Counted from the first letter of the stretch, positions 1 to 12,900 are shown. The stretch: DNA of 64,000 nt from Azolla caroliniana (GCA_043228905.1 JBHGNT010000001.1:1736001-1800000), one strand, 5' to 3'. The notes: generated from the letters alone by a model not told the origin. Translations and numbers: made by a program.

Positions 1-3000
1 GCTTGTATCATTTCATCAGAGAAATATCAGAGCTGATTTCTTATTGAAGAAGAAGTAGAATGGCCATGATCATTTCACCAAGGATCTCCTGAGAATATGC
101 CATTACGACAGTTCCCTGACAATTTTTAAGTCTTCTTCTCTTTTCCAAACTCCATCGGTTACAATGATTCTCTAAGAGCTAAATGCATAAGATCTTACAT
201 ATACTGCCAAGTCACATCTCTTCTCCATGAGAAATGAATTTAGCTCTTTGAAAAACAATGGTGCTCTTCTAATCTCTGTGGTGATTCCCATCAAGCTCTT
301 TTGGGAGTACTCTGACACAATTTCAAGGTCTTAATTCTAGTTCTTGACAAGACAAACACCATTGGCATCATAAATTCCTTATTTTTGCTCCATCTGTAAT
401 TTGTTCTACAGCCAACTAACCCTCCAGTTCCAGACATTTCTTGATACTGAATTGCGCTGAAATAGAGTATCTGTCCTGCCTCAAAAACCTCATAATGTGC
501 TGAATCAATGCCAGCAGTGAATCCTTTTGCACTAGTATGCACAGACTCGGCATTTCATCAACCCCAAGCCTTTTATTCATCCCTTTTAATGGTGAAATCA
601 TCTCTTGAGGATGACTTGAGACAGAGAATTAGATGTTAATATAGACGAAAACAAAGATAGATCTTGGTATACTGTCAAAGTGTATTTTCAGAACAACTTT
701 CCTAATAAATACCCCTTATCAGCTAATATAAGCTACTTTAAAAAGCTTAATGGCATTTCTCCACACTGAGGACCTCTTCCAAGTTCTAATGACACCATCT
801 TTTACAATATTTATATACCCTCTTCCACCACCTCATTGCAGCATGTGGATTACTATTTTCAGAGTGACACTGAGAGTAGATGACCGTCTATAAACTATGT
901 GCATGTGTATCTCATTCCTACATCAACATGCCAACCTCTAAATTCCGTCTATGAACTACGGATAAACTAGAGACAGGCTCACAGATATGCAAACCATATA
1001 CCAAAGCTGCAATCATGTCAAGGTAAGCAAACAATTCATGGTTTCACATGCAAATACTCCCAGAGAAGGAAACAACAATGGAAAATGTGTTCAAAATTTT
1101 CATCCTAAGTTTCACCTGCTCATATTATGATTCATGATGGTTGCATCTTAGGGTTTGCTATATAGAAACATGGCACCGCAATATGATGACATTAGTTTAG
1201 AATCTTCTTCGTACTTGAAAAACAATTATGCCAATAACAAAAAACTTTTAGATTATCGATAGAATGGGTAAGGATAGATAAAAGACATTTACTGTAGGAA
1301 AAAAAGATGTTGTTTCGTATGCCAATGACAGCAACAAGAAAGAGAAAGGCATATTTTCACCTGCGAATGAAGAGTTGATGAGGCAGAAACTCTTTGTCAT
1401 CTGAAATCAATGATGGAAACCCACGCAGTGCAACTATTGTGTTGAGAGTAGAAAAAACGAACCTCCACCAGAATTGAGATCTTTTACATACTCTAAGTTC
1501 CTCAAGCTCCAAATTGATTCTTTTTTATAGAAAAAGATTAATATTCCTACATCACAGAAATGTTAACTCGTATTGTTAAGAAAATCAAAACTGAAACAAC
1601 TTAAACCACGTTAAATTCCAATCTATAATGCACACCTTTGTTCGTTCACATGTTGCAGGCATGCAATAATCATGTTGATTTTAATTCAATTGTCCATGTT
1701 TGCAGAAATAGTTCCTTTTTTTACGTACAATGAAATGCCATGCGTCTTAATAAAAGTGGACTTTAAAATTAAAATCTAAGCCACAATTCAAATTTTAGTT
1801 TTGACCACGTATTGCAATGATGCAAGAATTATGTTAGTTAAATATGTTTAAATAATGGAAAGATTAAACCAGGATTTACGTAGATCAAATATAGCAATAA
1901 TGCAGAAAATATTTGCATCAAACATTGCAATAACGCAAAATTTAGGTCGGCCAGATATTGAAAATTTCATGCGTGTATGTTACTTGATAATACAGACATC
2001 ATTCAATATGTTACAGTTACTGCAATAAGTCGTTGTATTCTACTAATTTGTTGCTTACCAGAAACAGATTATTCTTGCATGGTACACAACTAAGAGTATT
2101 CGGTGAGATATGGTTATGGGGAGGCGATCTAGTGAAAGTCGAACAGGCCCACGTTTAGTTAGGGTTCGGCGCATTCTGCGGGGAGAATGAGAGGCTCAGA
2201 GATGTGCGAAAGAAACATTACCTTCGCAGGACGAATGGCAGAGAGAGAGGGAGGGAGATTATTAGGGTTGGAATTTTAGGACAGAGAGAAAGAGAGAGAG
2301 AGAAAGACAGAAAGATCTATTAACGTCTTTTAAGAGGCCAAAATGGCCTATAAGACCAAATAAGAGATTACATCTTAAGTGTTTTCTCATCTTTGAAAGA
2401 GAGAGATTAGGGTTGGAATTTGAGTACAGTTAAAAACTTAAATATAAGAAAGCGAGTGAAGTGAGTTGAGTGTATGGAGTGAGATGAGATGGATTGAATG
2501 GATACATTTGTGTTGGGGTTGGGAGGGTGGGGGGGACATATGTTCCTCGGGTTCTTAACTTGTAACTAAGTTGTATGTATGTATGTATGTATGTACAAGG
2601 TGTCCCCCCAAGAAAAACAATGACCCAATGGCACTCCATGTGTGATGGATGCGAGCAATCACAATGCTCGAAACTTGGTATGCATAATAATGTTTCCGCT
2701 CCTCCTCGTTCCTTCCTCCTCAACGTTATGGAACTCAACATGCACTCACTGGGTGGACTTTGTCGAAATTGATGACATTGGCCAAAACATTCATGATAAG
2801 GTATGCTTCTCGATTGTTTGGTTTTGTTGGGTCATGACCTTCGAAATGCGCTTTGTTGCCCTCTTGGCCATTGTCAAGCCTCCATTGGCTTTCCATGGCA
2901 TATTTACTTTGGCACGTTAGGATGGATCCAACAGTTGGGGATACATTGGTTATTGATGTGATCATTTTCAAGATTGAGCAACAACAATTGATTTGGATTT

Positions 3001-4620
3001 CGTAAGAGCGATGTGGTTAACCGCCTAAAGTCTTATTATATGGATACGAATAGCCTTTTTACATGATGTGATGTTTTTCAAGAAGGTTATATTTGTGTCC
3101 ATGTTATGCAATTTCAATTTAAGGGTAGCAAGTATCATCACAAACAATAATCTTGTGTGAACAATCCATCGTGTTATTTGTTTTCCACCCAATTAGAAAG
3201 GGTGTGACAAATTTGCACATCGAAAATTTTGTGTTGCATATCACATGGTGGTGAGCATCATCTCATCTCATCAATGAAATATTGTTAAATGAGATAATAC
3301 AAAGAGGGTGACACGTTGATTGCTCATAACCATCTAGATGGTTCATGATCACAAGGCCTTCCATCAAGACAAACTCCAAGAATTAAACTTCTTCAACAAT
3401 CTATATTAGATTGTCTACATCATACGGAAATGTACAAAAAGACTTTGAATATTATTGTTGGAATCCAATGTTTCCATACAAATTTGACATTAGAAGGTTC
3501 TCCGTGTGAAGCTCTGTATTTACAATGAAAAGTGGGATACATGATGGTAATTATACCTTGCCTCATCAAGGTAATTCACTATATGGAACTTATAGAAAGA
3601 AAATGTCATCAAATTTACTACGATGATTTAAAGCATATGGAATACAAATAAATAGTACAACTTTTCAATAAAGTGAACAAAAATGAAGTCAAACCTAAGT
3701 CTACGATCTTAACTTGTTGTGTTATTCATGCATGCCCTGGTACATTATGGCGCAAAAAGAAACACAAGGTTTAGGCATATCAAATTTCACCTCCTATTGT
3801 GTTTTCTTGCAATTTTATTCAACTTACCAATTATGTAGCTTCTTGAATATATGTATTACATCACTTGACATGAATAATACATTTATAGTAGTTATGTTTA
3901 TTGGAATGTTGTTGCCATTGCCCATGGTTAGCTTGGCTATTCGTGGAAAAGTGTTTGAATTAATAAGAAATGGGAAGGGTTGCAAGCAATGCAAACAATT
4001 TTCTCACAAGCAATGCATCAAAAATAAATTGTACAAGCATAAACTATAGTACTCATGTTGTGTCCTTATATGAAAACCCTTAAAGATGAGGATAATAATG
4101 GTTCAAAAAATTAACCAATCCTTTGTAAGAAAATTGGAAGGAATGGTCATGCTATATTTAAAATAAATGCGTTGGTATGAAAAATGTTTCCAATAGTTCC
4201 AATCAGACACACCAATTATATGAGCCAATAATTCATCTCTAAACATACATATTCTGTTGTTGCATTGTTGTCGCCTCATATTCATCCTTCGTGAAAAATA
4301 AGGTATTTCACCCAACATTGTTACAATGTGACCTACAATCTCACCACAACATTATGTGTCATTCTAGTGCATTTCAAGGTGACAATATAAAAATGCACAT
4401 GATTGAGACTATCGTTAGCTTATATCATTAGGTTTGGAAATTGTGAAATGTTTTAAGTTGCGTTTAAAAGATGTCAATGAGTAGCGTAATCACTTTTGTT
4501 TGTGAACCATTTCTTCGTACATTGATGGTAGTAATGAAGGTATAAATATTTGTAAGCAGTGATTTTTAGCTTAAAGGTCAAAGTGTTTAGTTTAATATAT
4601 TTTAAACATTTTTCATAGTT

Positions 4621-4693
4621 GGTCCTATGGCCCAATGGATAAGGCGCTGGTCTACGAAACCAGAGATTCCAGGTTCGACCCCTGGTAGGATCG
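4621..4693 (+). tRNA. tRNA-Arg(ACG)
   Basis: 73 nt cloverleaf: acceptor stem GGTCCTA/TAGGATC, anticodon arm CTGGT-CT ACG AA-ACCAG, T-loop GGTTCGACCC, T-runs just downstream (Pol III terminator). Confidence 0.96.
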
Positions 4694-4843
4694 AAACGGT
4701 AACCTTTTACGCTTTTTTCATTGGGCGTAACAAAATATGCACACTTGAATCTTTTTAATTATGCAAGCAACCAACTTATGTCGTGAATTTATTCTAGCCC
4801 CTCACAAGCACACTATTTAGTTGACGAAAATATATTTTCAAGT

Positions 4844-5260
4844 ATGTTAGACTTTATCACTAATGAAGTGAAGAGATATCTCATTAGAGAAAGCACCCCA
4901 TTAGGTTTCTACCAAATGAAAAAACTCTTCTTTTTCAATAGACTAGTTAACTGCGGTTACCCTCCGTCCTTTATACTAAAAAGCTATAAGAAAATACCTT
5001 TTAATCTTAGAAAAACACTCCTATATCAACCCAAAACTATTAGTTCCCTTAACCCCACAATCTTTTAACTTAGATACACCAAACATACCCCAAAACTAGG
5101 CATTCATAGTTTTCTAAAAAATCTCTATAATGACTTAATGTTAGATCCCAAGCTTACAAGCATCTCACGCCCTTTCGTATGTTGGACAAAATCTAAGTCC
5201 TTACATGCCCTCCTAGTTAAGACTAAGTTTTCAAACAATCCACCAAAATCCCCCACTTAA
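4844..5260 (+). mobile_element. 5'-truncated Penelope-like element: C-terminal RT thumb region, with one in-frame stop at 5066-5068
   Basis: Translation FITNEVKRYLIRES...FFNRLVNCGYPPSFI...PTIF*LRY...PFVCWTKSKSLHALLVK resembles the recalled PLE pattern FIxGELxRY...RLxxRGYP...PxVxxxxxxNLxxxLV. The frame continues across the TAA to a stop at 5258-5260, and a hammerhead ribozyme follows. Confidence 0.75.
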
Positions 5261-5346
5261 AACTAAGACTAAAGTTTCAAACAATCCACCCAAATCCCCC
5301 ACTTAACACTAAGTTTTCAAATAATTCACCCACATCCCCCACTTAA
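5222..5346 (+). repeat. three tandem ~40-45 bp repeats at the end of the PLE ORF
   Basis: ACTAAGTTTTCAAACAATCCACC(A/C)AAATCCCCCACTTAA occurs three times with small variations. Confidence 0.85.
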
Positions 5347-5577
5347 TATTATCCTAAATCCCCCTTTTTCATCACATTAAGAACTCCCCCCTCACCATCA
5401 TCATTATACTAATTCCCCCTCTCTCATTCCCTATCACTTTCCTACACACATTTCTCTCTCTCTCTCTCATCACCACATTCTATTCTATCTCATCTACTAC
5501 ACAAATCAAATCCTCCCCACTCCTTTTCTCTCACTCCCTCTTCCTTCCCACCCCTTTATAAATCACATTCTCTTGTT

Positions 5578-5640
5578 GTAATGGTCTTTGCACTGAAGAG
5601 CTCCATTATTGAGTGAAACTAGTTTGCCTAAGACCACTAC
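5578..5640 (+). ncRNA. minimal type I hammerhead ribozyme (Penelope-type)
   Basis: Stem I TGGTCTT-T-GCA, core CTGAAGA, stem II GCTC-cattatt-GAGT, GAAA, palindromic ACTAGT stem III, cleavage triplet GTT, then TGC-CT-AAGACCA closing stem I. TATAAA lies at 5557-5562. Confidence 0.8.
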
Positions 5641-5659
5641 CCTCTTTGAATTAAAAACA

Positions 5660-5763
<104 letters not shown>

Positions 5764-5896
5764 GTGTATGTTGCCTACTTTCTCTTGTTTAGCTTAAGCA
5801 CCCTCTAATCGTCGTGTGCCTATCCCTACGCACTCCTTGTTTCGACCATTTGGTCCTAGTAAGATATCTAATGTATTTTAAATGTTTCTTAGAGTT

Positions 5897-5969
5897 GGTC
5901 CTATGGCCCAATGGATAAGGCGTTGGTCTACGAAACCAAAAATTCTAGGTTCGACCCCTGGTAGGATTG
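5897..5969 (+). pseudogene. decayed duplicate of tRNA-Arg(ACG)
   Basis: Same sequence as 4621-4693 with five C>T/G>A changes in the anticodon stem, variable region, T stem and acceptor end; part of a ~255 bp direct repeat (4593-4847 vs 5869-6122). Confidence 0.85.
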
Positions 5970-6342
5970 AAACATAACCTTTGACGCTTTTTTCATTGGG
6001 CGTAACAAAATATGCACACTTGAATCTTTTTAATTATGCAAGCAACCAACTTATGTCGTGAATTTATTCTAGCCCCTCACATTCACACTATTTAGTTGGC
6101 GAAAATATATTTTCAAGTATGTCAAACTTAAATTAAATTGTAGCATGTCAATATCAGGTAATTACATGTTTCAGTGATGATACCATGTTGTAAAAGCATA
6201 GTTTGAAAAATTTGTTTTGGAACCCTATCTTTTCAAGTTCATGTGATGCAACATCGAGTTAACTTCAAATCTAGGGCAACATGCATGCAATCTTATATGT
6301 ATATAATAACCTACACAAACAACAAATCAATCAATAACAATA

Positions 6343-6795
6343 TGTTAGAGTTATGGTCTAACGTAAGCATATGATGAGATAAAAGATATAAGAAATAAGA
6401 AAGGTGCGAGAGAAAGAAGGGTGCCGATCCACCTGACCACCCCCGAGCGAAGGGATCAAGACAGACTGGAGCCTCGATCGGCGTCCCATACCACCGTCGT
6501 GGCGTCAATCGTACCTAGTGTTGGCGTGCTCGCTACAAGAGTTGACCCACCACAATAACAAAGTCTCGACGTAGTCAAGATATGATGAAATGAGGGTAGC
6601 TAGGTCTCATATTTATAGCGACACCCAAGGCCCCCAGGCAAGTTCACACTTGGCCTAATGGGTTGTCTCAATCCCGAGGATTAAAAGTAATCCTCCCCTT
6701 CTTTACACTCTCGTTTAACCCTCACACTTATCCACGTGCATAGAATACTACGGTAAATTCTCACCACAGGATATTATATGATCATGCCCCTAACA
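6343..6795 (-). mobile_element. solo LTR (453 bp)
   Basis: TGTTAG...CTAACA inverted termini flanked by the 5-bp TSD CAATA; a TATA-like CTATAAAT is on the minus strand. Confidence 0.88.
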
Positions 6796-6974
6796 CAATA
6801 GGTCGTATGATGTTGGGTGCCATTAACGAGGTGAGGAGTATTTGTGGAATGTTGGTTCCACAAGTTATTTGTTAGATCCAAACATGCATTTAGTAATTAT
6901 CTCACACACACATACACAGATAAACATCTCATGCTTGGTACATCTCGTGTTTATCTCATAATCGCCTCAATGGT

Positions 6975-7018
<44 letters not shown>

Positions 7019-7219
7019 ACGTGACTCACGTAATCATTCCTTCAGGTGTTCCTCTTTGTTAACTATATCAATGGGTTGGAAATCAACTTTAAAAAAACCA
7101 GTTCCTCATCAGTGTGAAGAGCTCATCAAATATCAATTATATGGAAAGGAGAATGGGATTCTTGAAGAGGGGGAAATTTATTACAATTGTAGGGTCACAC
7201 ATTATAAGGTCACACTCTC

Positions 7220-7740
7220 TACCGAAGGAAAAGTTGTTCCAAATGAATCATTACTTTTCCTTGCAAAGAGATGCAAAAAAGAAGGAAACTTGGCTTGTGC
7301 TAAGCAATTACAAAACCTTATTATAAAAATGGTTTGTTATCATACATCACTATTGCTATTCATATGATAGACATGTTGTCCTCCCTTGGAAGTTTTTCTG
7401 AAGTTAATGAAATATTCATCATTTTGCCTGAGGAAAATGTATCTCCATGGAATGTTGTGATTTCTTCATTTGTCATATGTTCAATAAGGTGGAGTCTCGT
7501 ATTGAACCAGATTCAAATATTTATATTAATGCTATAAAAGCGTGTTGTAGCTTAAAAGACTGTGAAGCACTTGAAATGTACAATAAGATGAGGGAGTCTC
7601 ATATTGAACGAGATTAAGATATTTATAGTAATGCTATAAAAGTGTGTTGCATCTTAAAAGATTGTGAAGTATGCAAGTTAATACACAACTGTACAACTGA
7701 AAGTGGTTATGACTTGAATGTCTTCATGAGCAATGACACT
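7220..7740 (+). pseudogene. PPR pseudogene fragment
   Basis: LAKRCKKEGNLACAKQLQ and MLSSLGSFSEVNEIFIILPEENVSPWNVVISSF are PLS-PPR-like, with frameshifts and a ~102 bp internal duplication (7489-7560 vs 7593-7670). Confidence 0.7.
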
Positions 7741-8573
7741 AAAAATGCAAGGAGATTCTGATGGGGCGTGAGATGCATGTTGAGATTGAAAGAAAGGGGT
7801 TATTGGATGAAAACATTATGCTTGGACGTGTCGAACATGAATAAGATTGGCTACAGCCATTCAGCATGGCTATACAATATTCATTGTAATATTGGATTAT
7901 CTTGTATATTGCCTCTGGTCACTTTAATTTTAATACCAATGGAGGATAATTTTTTATGAAAAAAAAGGTCACAATTATTCTACAAAACTAGTTCTTCATT
8001 GGTGTGAAGAGCTCATAAAATATTGATTACATGGCTAGAATTCTTAAATACGAGGAACAATATTATAATTCTTATACGTGACACGATTCTTATAAGGTCA
8101 CACATGTGTATGGACCATGTATAAACAATTAAGGAATCACATGTATAGTTTTTGTACAACACATAGACTATGTGTATGTGTATGAGAGAGGGTAACATGA
8201 GTGTAATTTTACTTTCTCGCTACCTTCTCATGTTATCATCGTTGATTGCAACTACTCTCTTGATATCAACATTGGAAATGAGAGAGCTCAGGCTCAAGGG
8301 GATTGCAATTTTGTAACTACTCATTAGTTTCCCCACTACTTGTGTGATCATACATTTTGTTGGAAAGTTGAATTTGATATTGTGACATTATATATATACA
8401 CTATATAATATTATATTCCTTGTCTAACAAGTATGTTCTAGAGTCTAACCTAATGTGTCCTCTTTGTACAAGTGCATGTTCTGAATATATTTGCTAACCT
8501 ATGTTGCAAGTATGTTTGCTACGTTGATCAATCATCATTGAATTGTATTTGATGTTAACCTCGATATTATTTG

Positions 8574-8977
8574 AGCACCTTGGCCCCCTAATTTCCCAAT
8601 AACACCAAAGTTGGAGACAATTATGGTTGTTGTCATAGAACAACTAGTCACTTCGATCAACACATAATCCATCCTCACTCAGTATCCTAAGAATTGGGTG
8701 TGGATTCACTCGATCAAGTTCCATTCATACATATTAATGGTGCTTCTATTAAACATTCTAATTGTAGTGAATTGTGGTTATTCAAGCACTTTGGCCCCCT
8801 AAATTCCCAAAAACACCAAAGTTGGAGACAATTATGGTTGTTATCAGAGAACAACTAGTCACTTCGATCAACACATAATCCATCGTCACTTTGTATCCTA
8901 AGAATTGGGTGCGGATTCACTCGATCAAGTTCCATTCTTACATGTTAATGGTGCTTCTATTAAAAATGCTAATTGTA
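8574..8977. repeat. tandem duplication with a 211 bp period
   Basis: AGCAC(C/T)TTGGCCCCCTAA...GGTGCTTCTATTAAA occurs at 8574 and 8785. Confidence 0.9.
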
Positions 8978-9470
8978 TTGCTTTTATTTTATTCAAAAGA
9001 GAGGCTTAAAGTATGACGAATTATTTTTGGAAATATAAAATTATATAGTTGGCGATTGTGATGGAGGATTTCAAGGTAAAATGCATCAAGATCTCATTCT
9101 AAGATTTGTTTTTGAAATATCTCTTTAATTTGGAACGGTTAACAAACAATCATTATTTACATTAACAATGACAACAAACAAATCAAATATTTGCAATGGG
9201 CAACACTAATGCTTTATTATCATGAACACAATCTAGATGTTACGAAGTTTTGACAACTCAAGAACATCCAATATCAATTGATAGCATACTGATTAAATGA
9301 GAGACAATGCAGAGAAGCTTGATATAAGATATTATATATCAGATGGAATTTTGATTATATATATGGGATGAGATTATGTATCGGGTAACAAATGCCATGG
9401 GTAACAAATAAGTTGTCGTCATAGTGATTTACTTTATTATTTTATAAAATGTTGTCTTTATCATACAAGC

Positions 9471-9542
9471 GGGCATTTGGTCTAGTGGCATGATTCTCGC
9501 TTAGGGTGCGAGAGGTCCCGAGTTCAATTCTCGGAATGCCCC
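9471..9542 (+). tRNA. tRNA-Pro(AGG)
   Basis: 72 nt: acceptor GGGCATT/AATGCCC, anticodon arm CTCGC-TT AGG GT-GCGAG, T-loop GTTCAATTC, TTTT downstream. Confidence 0.96.
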
Positions 9543-9643
9543 AACTTTTACTTTACTTTCAAGAGGAGAAATACCCCAACTTTTACTTTACTTTCAAGAG
9601 GAGAAATACCCCAACTTTTACTTTACTTTCAAGAGGAGAAATA
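9539..9643 (+). repeat. three perfect 35 bp repeats starting at the tRNA-Pro 3' end
   Basis: CCCCAACTTTTACTTTACTTTCAAGAGGAGAAATA at 9539, 9574 and 9609. Confidence 0.95.
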
Positions 9644-9953
9644 CGTAACGATTTCAAACGTCTATTACTACTCATGTTCCTTCTTCTTTTACTCTATTGG
9701 ACAATATGCATCGTGATGGTAAAATTGATGTATCTTGAACACGACTGTCAATCATCAGTCTTTTCAGAATGCAAGAGAGAAATACGATACGATAAGGAAC
9801 AAGGTCTTCTGGTTCTTGTAAACTACTACTCTAAGCCACTCATTTTTCACACCGGAGTCTGGAACAAGGAATCAGAAGGAGTTTGTCTTTATTTTTTTCA
9901 CAGATCTTGAAGGACCAGAATCAGCAGCAGCAGAAGAATATATAACAGCTCAG

Positions 9954-12900
9954 TCATAGCCTGTTTCATGTAAGCAAGAGGAAATACTGTATGTACAACC
10001 GAAGAAGATCTTACCCTAAAATAATATGTCCTATGCATTAACCCTACCTACCTAGCTCTAATGTGTAAGTTCGCCTTATCCAAGTAGTAGGGATACTTCA
10101 TTAATGTGTTATCAAAGGAGAGTAACGTGCATGGGTACATTCATTACGAACGAAAATGCTGCCATGCGAGAGTTTAATTCAACCAATGCAAAGCAATGTC
10201 ATTACGGTAGCAGATAAGGCACAATAGAATTATTTTTAAATGAAATAACGGACAATGGATATGATGTGCAAAAAATGGATGAAATAGAGGAACTGCATGT
10301 TTATGTCAGATAGAACCAGCGAGAATCTTCAATCGATGAAGATAGAAGCTGTCGAGAGAGAGAGTTTAGCTTTAGTAAAAAAAGGCCTGTAAACCAACCC
10401 AAAAAGGTTGTGACTCTGTGAGTTCGGCTCTTTCGTGTGAAGTGTAAAAACAACTTTTTCATACTGTTTGAGATCGAGCGAATGAAACAGTTGTTGCTTG
10501 GGAGAAAATAGCTTTTAATTAAACCTTGGGATTCACATACTTTCCAGAACACCATAGAGTGAAAACGATATCATTACAATTTATCCAGCAAAGCTAATTT
10601 GAATTATTAACAAAAAACTTAACTTCAACATGATGATACGACGATCATTGAGCATTGACAGGGAGCCATCACAATAATTTACGTCCACCCTAAAATAAGT
10701 TTATTAAGCATGGGCATCAATTAGGTGTTTATGCCAATGGTTTACCATATCGTCAAACACTTATGTTACTAGTACTTAATATCATTATGGAAGTCATGGA
10801 TTGGAATTTTGAGATTGCTTTTTGTGATCAATGATCATTAAGGTTCGTTTGTTAGACCTTCAATGGAGCCACAATTTGTCTCATGAGCAGCATGCACAAG
10901 TTAGCTTTGACAAAGTCAAACATAAAATTCATTGAGTAAATTATTATTATGATTATAGGAAGGAGAAAAAGAAATGTTTTTTTGCTAGGTTGACTTGTTT
11001 TAGATATAAGTCCCTTGCTACTAACTTAGGAGGATTCAAATTGAAGAGGGAGGACAAAATAGTCACATGGTTCCATTTCTCAAAGAATGAAAGTGTAGGA
11101 AAATGGCACCAAACAAATGAAGTGAACATGTCCTTACTATAAACACAAATATATATTTCAATATGTATTATCATACATTTTCAAGCACTACTCATGAATG
11201 TTCTACTGATCAACAATGTCTAAGCACCCTTAAGCTTTGGAATGGAAAAAAAAAGATTGAACTCCCATTTCTAAAGGAGGTGATAGCATATTATTTTGGG
11301 ATATACTTGTGGGAGATCATTGTAAGGGCAAAGAAACATATACATACACTTTACATTTGTCTAGGTGGTTTAGAAACAAATCACTCTAGAATTAACCATC
11401 TAGTCACTTTCAAGAATGGAAGAGCACCAAGTGGCTGAATTGTTGTTTTGGTGGATTGCATAATAGGAGTCACTTCCAAGATACTAGCTTAGAAAGAAAA
11501 TTGTGGCTTACCCAAAGGAATATGAAAGAACCATGGGAGAACACACCTCTACTAGCTTTTCCATTGTACATAGAGAAAAACAAAACTTAAATAGGTGAAT
11601 AAAATTTCTATATAAAAGAAGGCTAGACTCTAGCCCACAATACATACGTTATTACCTAAGGTTAGTGTGATCTGTATAACCATAATCCACACACCAAGAA
11701 GGTAAATCATGTAAATGAAGAAACAAATGTGAGTTTAGAACATCATACTTACCCTAAGTGGAGGAAACGGAGAAGATTGGTGTAGAAGTCATACAACTCA
11801 CCCTCTAACCCTATGTCCACCTTGCATTTGCTAGGCAAGCCTTTGTCGTGTGAAATGATCATAGACCGGCCAAACTACCATGCGCACATTAAAATTCAAT
11901 CCCCCATAAATAATCAATATAGTTAGCAACAGCAAATATTTCAAATACTGCTAGCATTAGTTTAAGATGCACGTTCTGACGTTTTTCCACTTACTTTTCC
12001 GTAATGTGATTCTTCACACAGGAGAATTGCTAGAGCTGCATCTGGCATCTGCATCATTTAACCACAATAGATCTGACTGATCTGTTGTTGAGGTATGATT
12101 AAAAGCTTTACACATAGTTAAGACTGTGATATATTTGAGGCTTGATGATGATGACCATAAATTATTACAACCAATATAATGATGGAGATAAAAGCTTTAC
12201 ACATAGTTAAGACTGATATATTTGAGGCTTGATGATGATGACCATAAATTATTACAACCAATATAATGATGGAGATAAAAGCTTTACACATAGTTAAAAC
12301 TGTGATATATTTGAGGCTTGATCATGATGACCATATAATATTACAACCAACATAATGCTGGAGATAAAAGCGTTACGCATAATTAAAACTGATATATTTG
12401 AGGCTTGATGATGATCATTGATGACCATATAATATTACAACCAATATAATGATGGAGATAAAAGCTTTACACATAGTTAAAAGTTAAAACTGTGACCTAT
12501 TTGAGGCTTGATGATGATGACCATAAAATATTACAACCAGTATACCTATATGCTTCAGATATGCCATGATAAAAAAATTATACGTCATTTACACTTGAGG
12601 TTTGATGAAAGAAAAAGATTTGCATATGATCTTAAGTATACTGTATGATAGCGATGAAGAAGAAGAAACAACATATAATTGATCTGCATTGAAGTGAGTT
12701 GATGATTAGGGATATCCATGTTAACATACCTCCCTTATTTCATTCTTCAAACATAATCTAGCACAAGCTTCTGCAACTCGCAGCAAGCTGTGGAGTGTCA
12801 CGAGGGATGGATATTCACACTTATCCTCAACACAATCTATGACATATTCCTGGTCACGTCTCAAGGCAAGATAGTACGATTGAATAAGCTTACGAGCTGA

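Noticed and set aside
2430-4590. Possible decayed transposon coding region
   Set aside because: No recognisable motif, termini or TSD; cannot be supported.
9539-9643. CRISPR-like 35-bp repeats
   Set aside because: Units are head-to-tail with no spacers, no cas genes are present, and the context is eukaryotic.
9506-9910. 134-aa ORF
   Set aside because: It starts inside the tRNA, reads through the tandem repeat and is antisense to the MCMDC2-like 3' UTR.
12101-12539. C/D snoRNA cluster (TGATGA...CTGA)
   Set aside because: The motifs are antisense to the host gene, CTGA is not kept in all units, and no terminal stems are evident.
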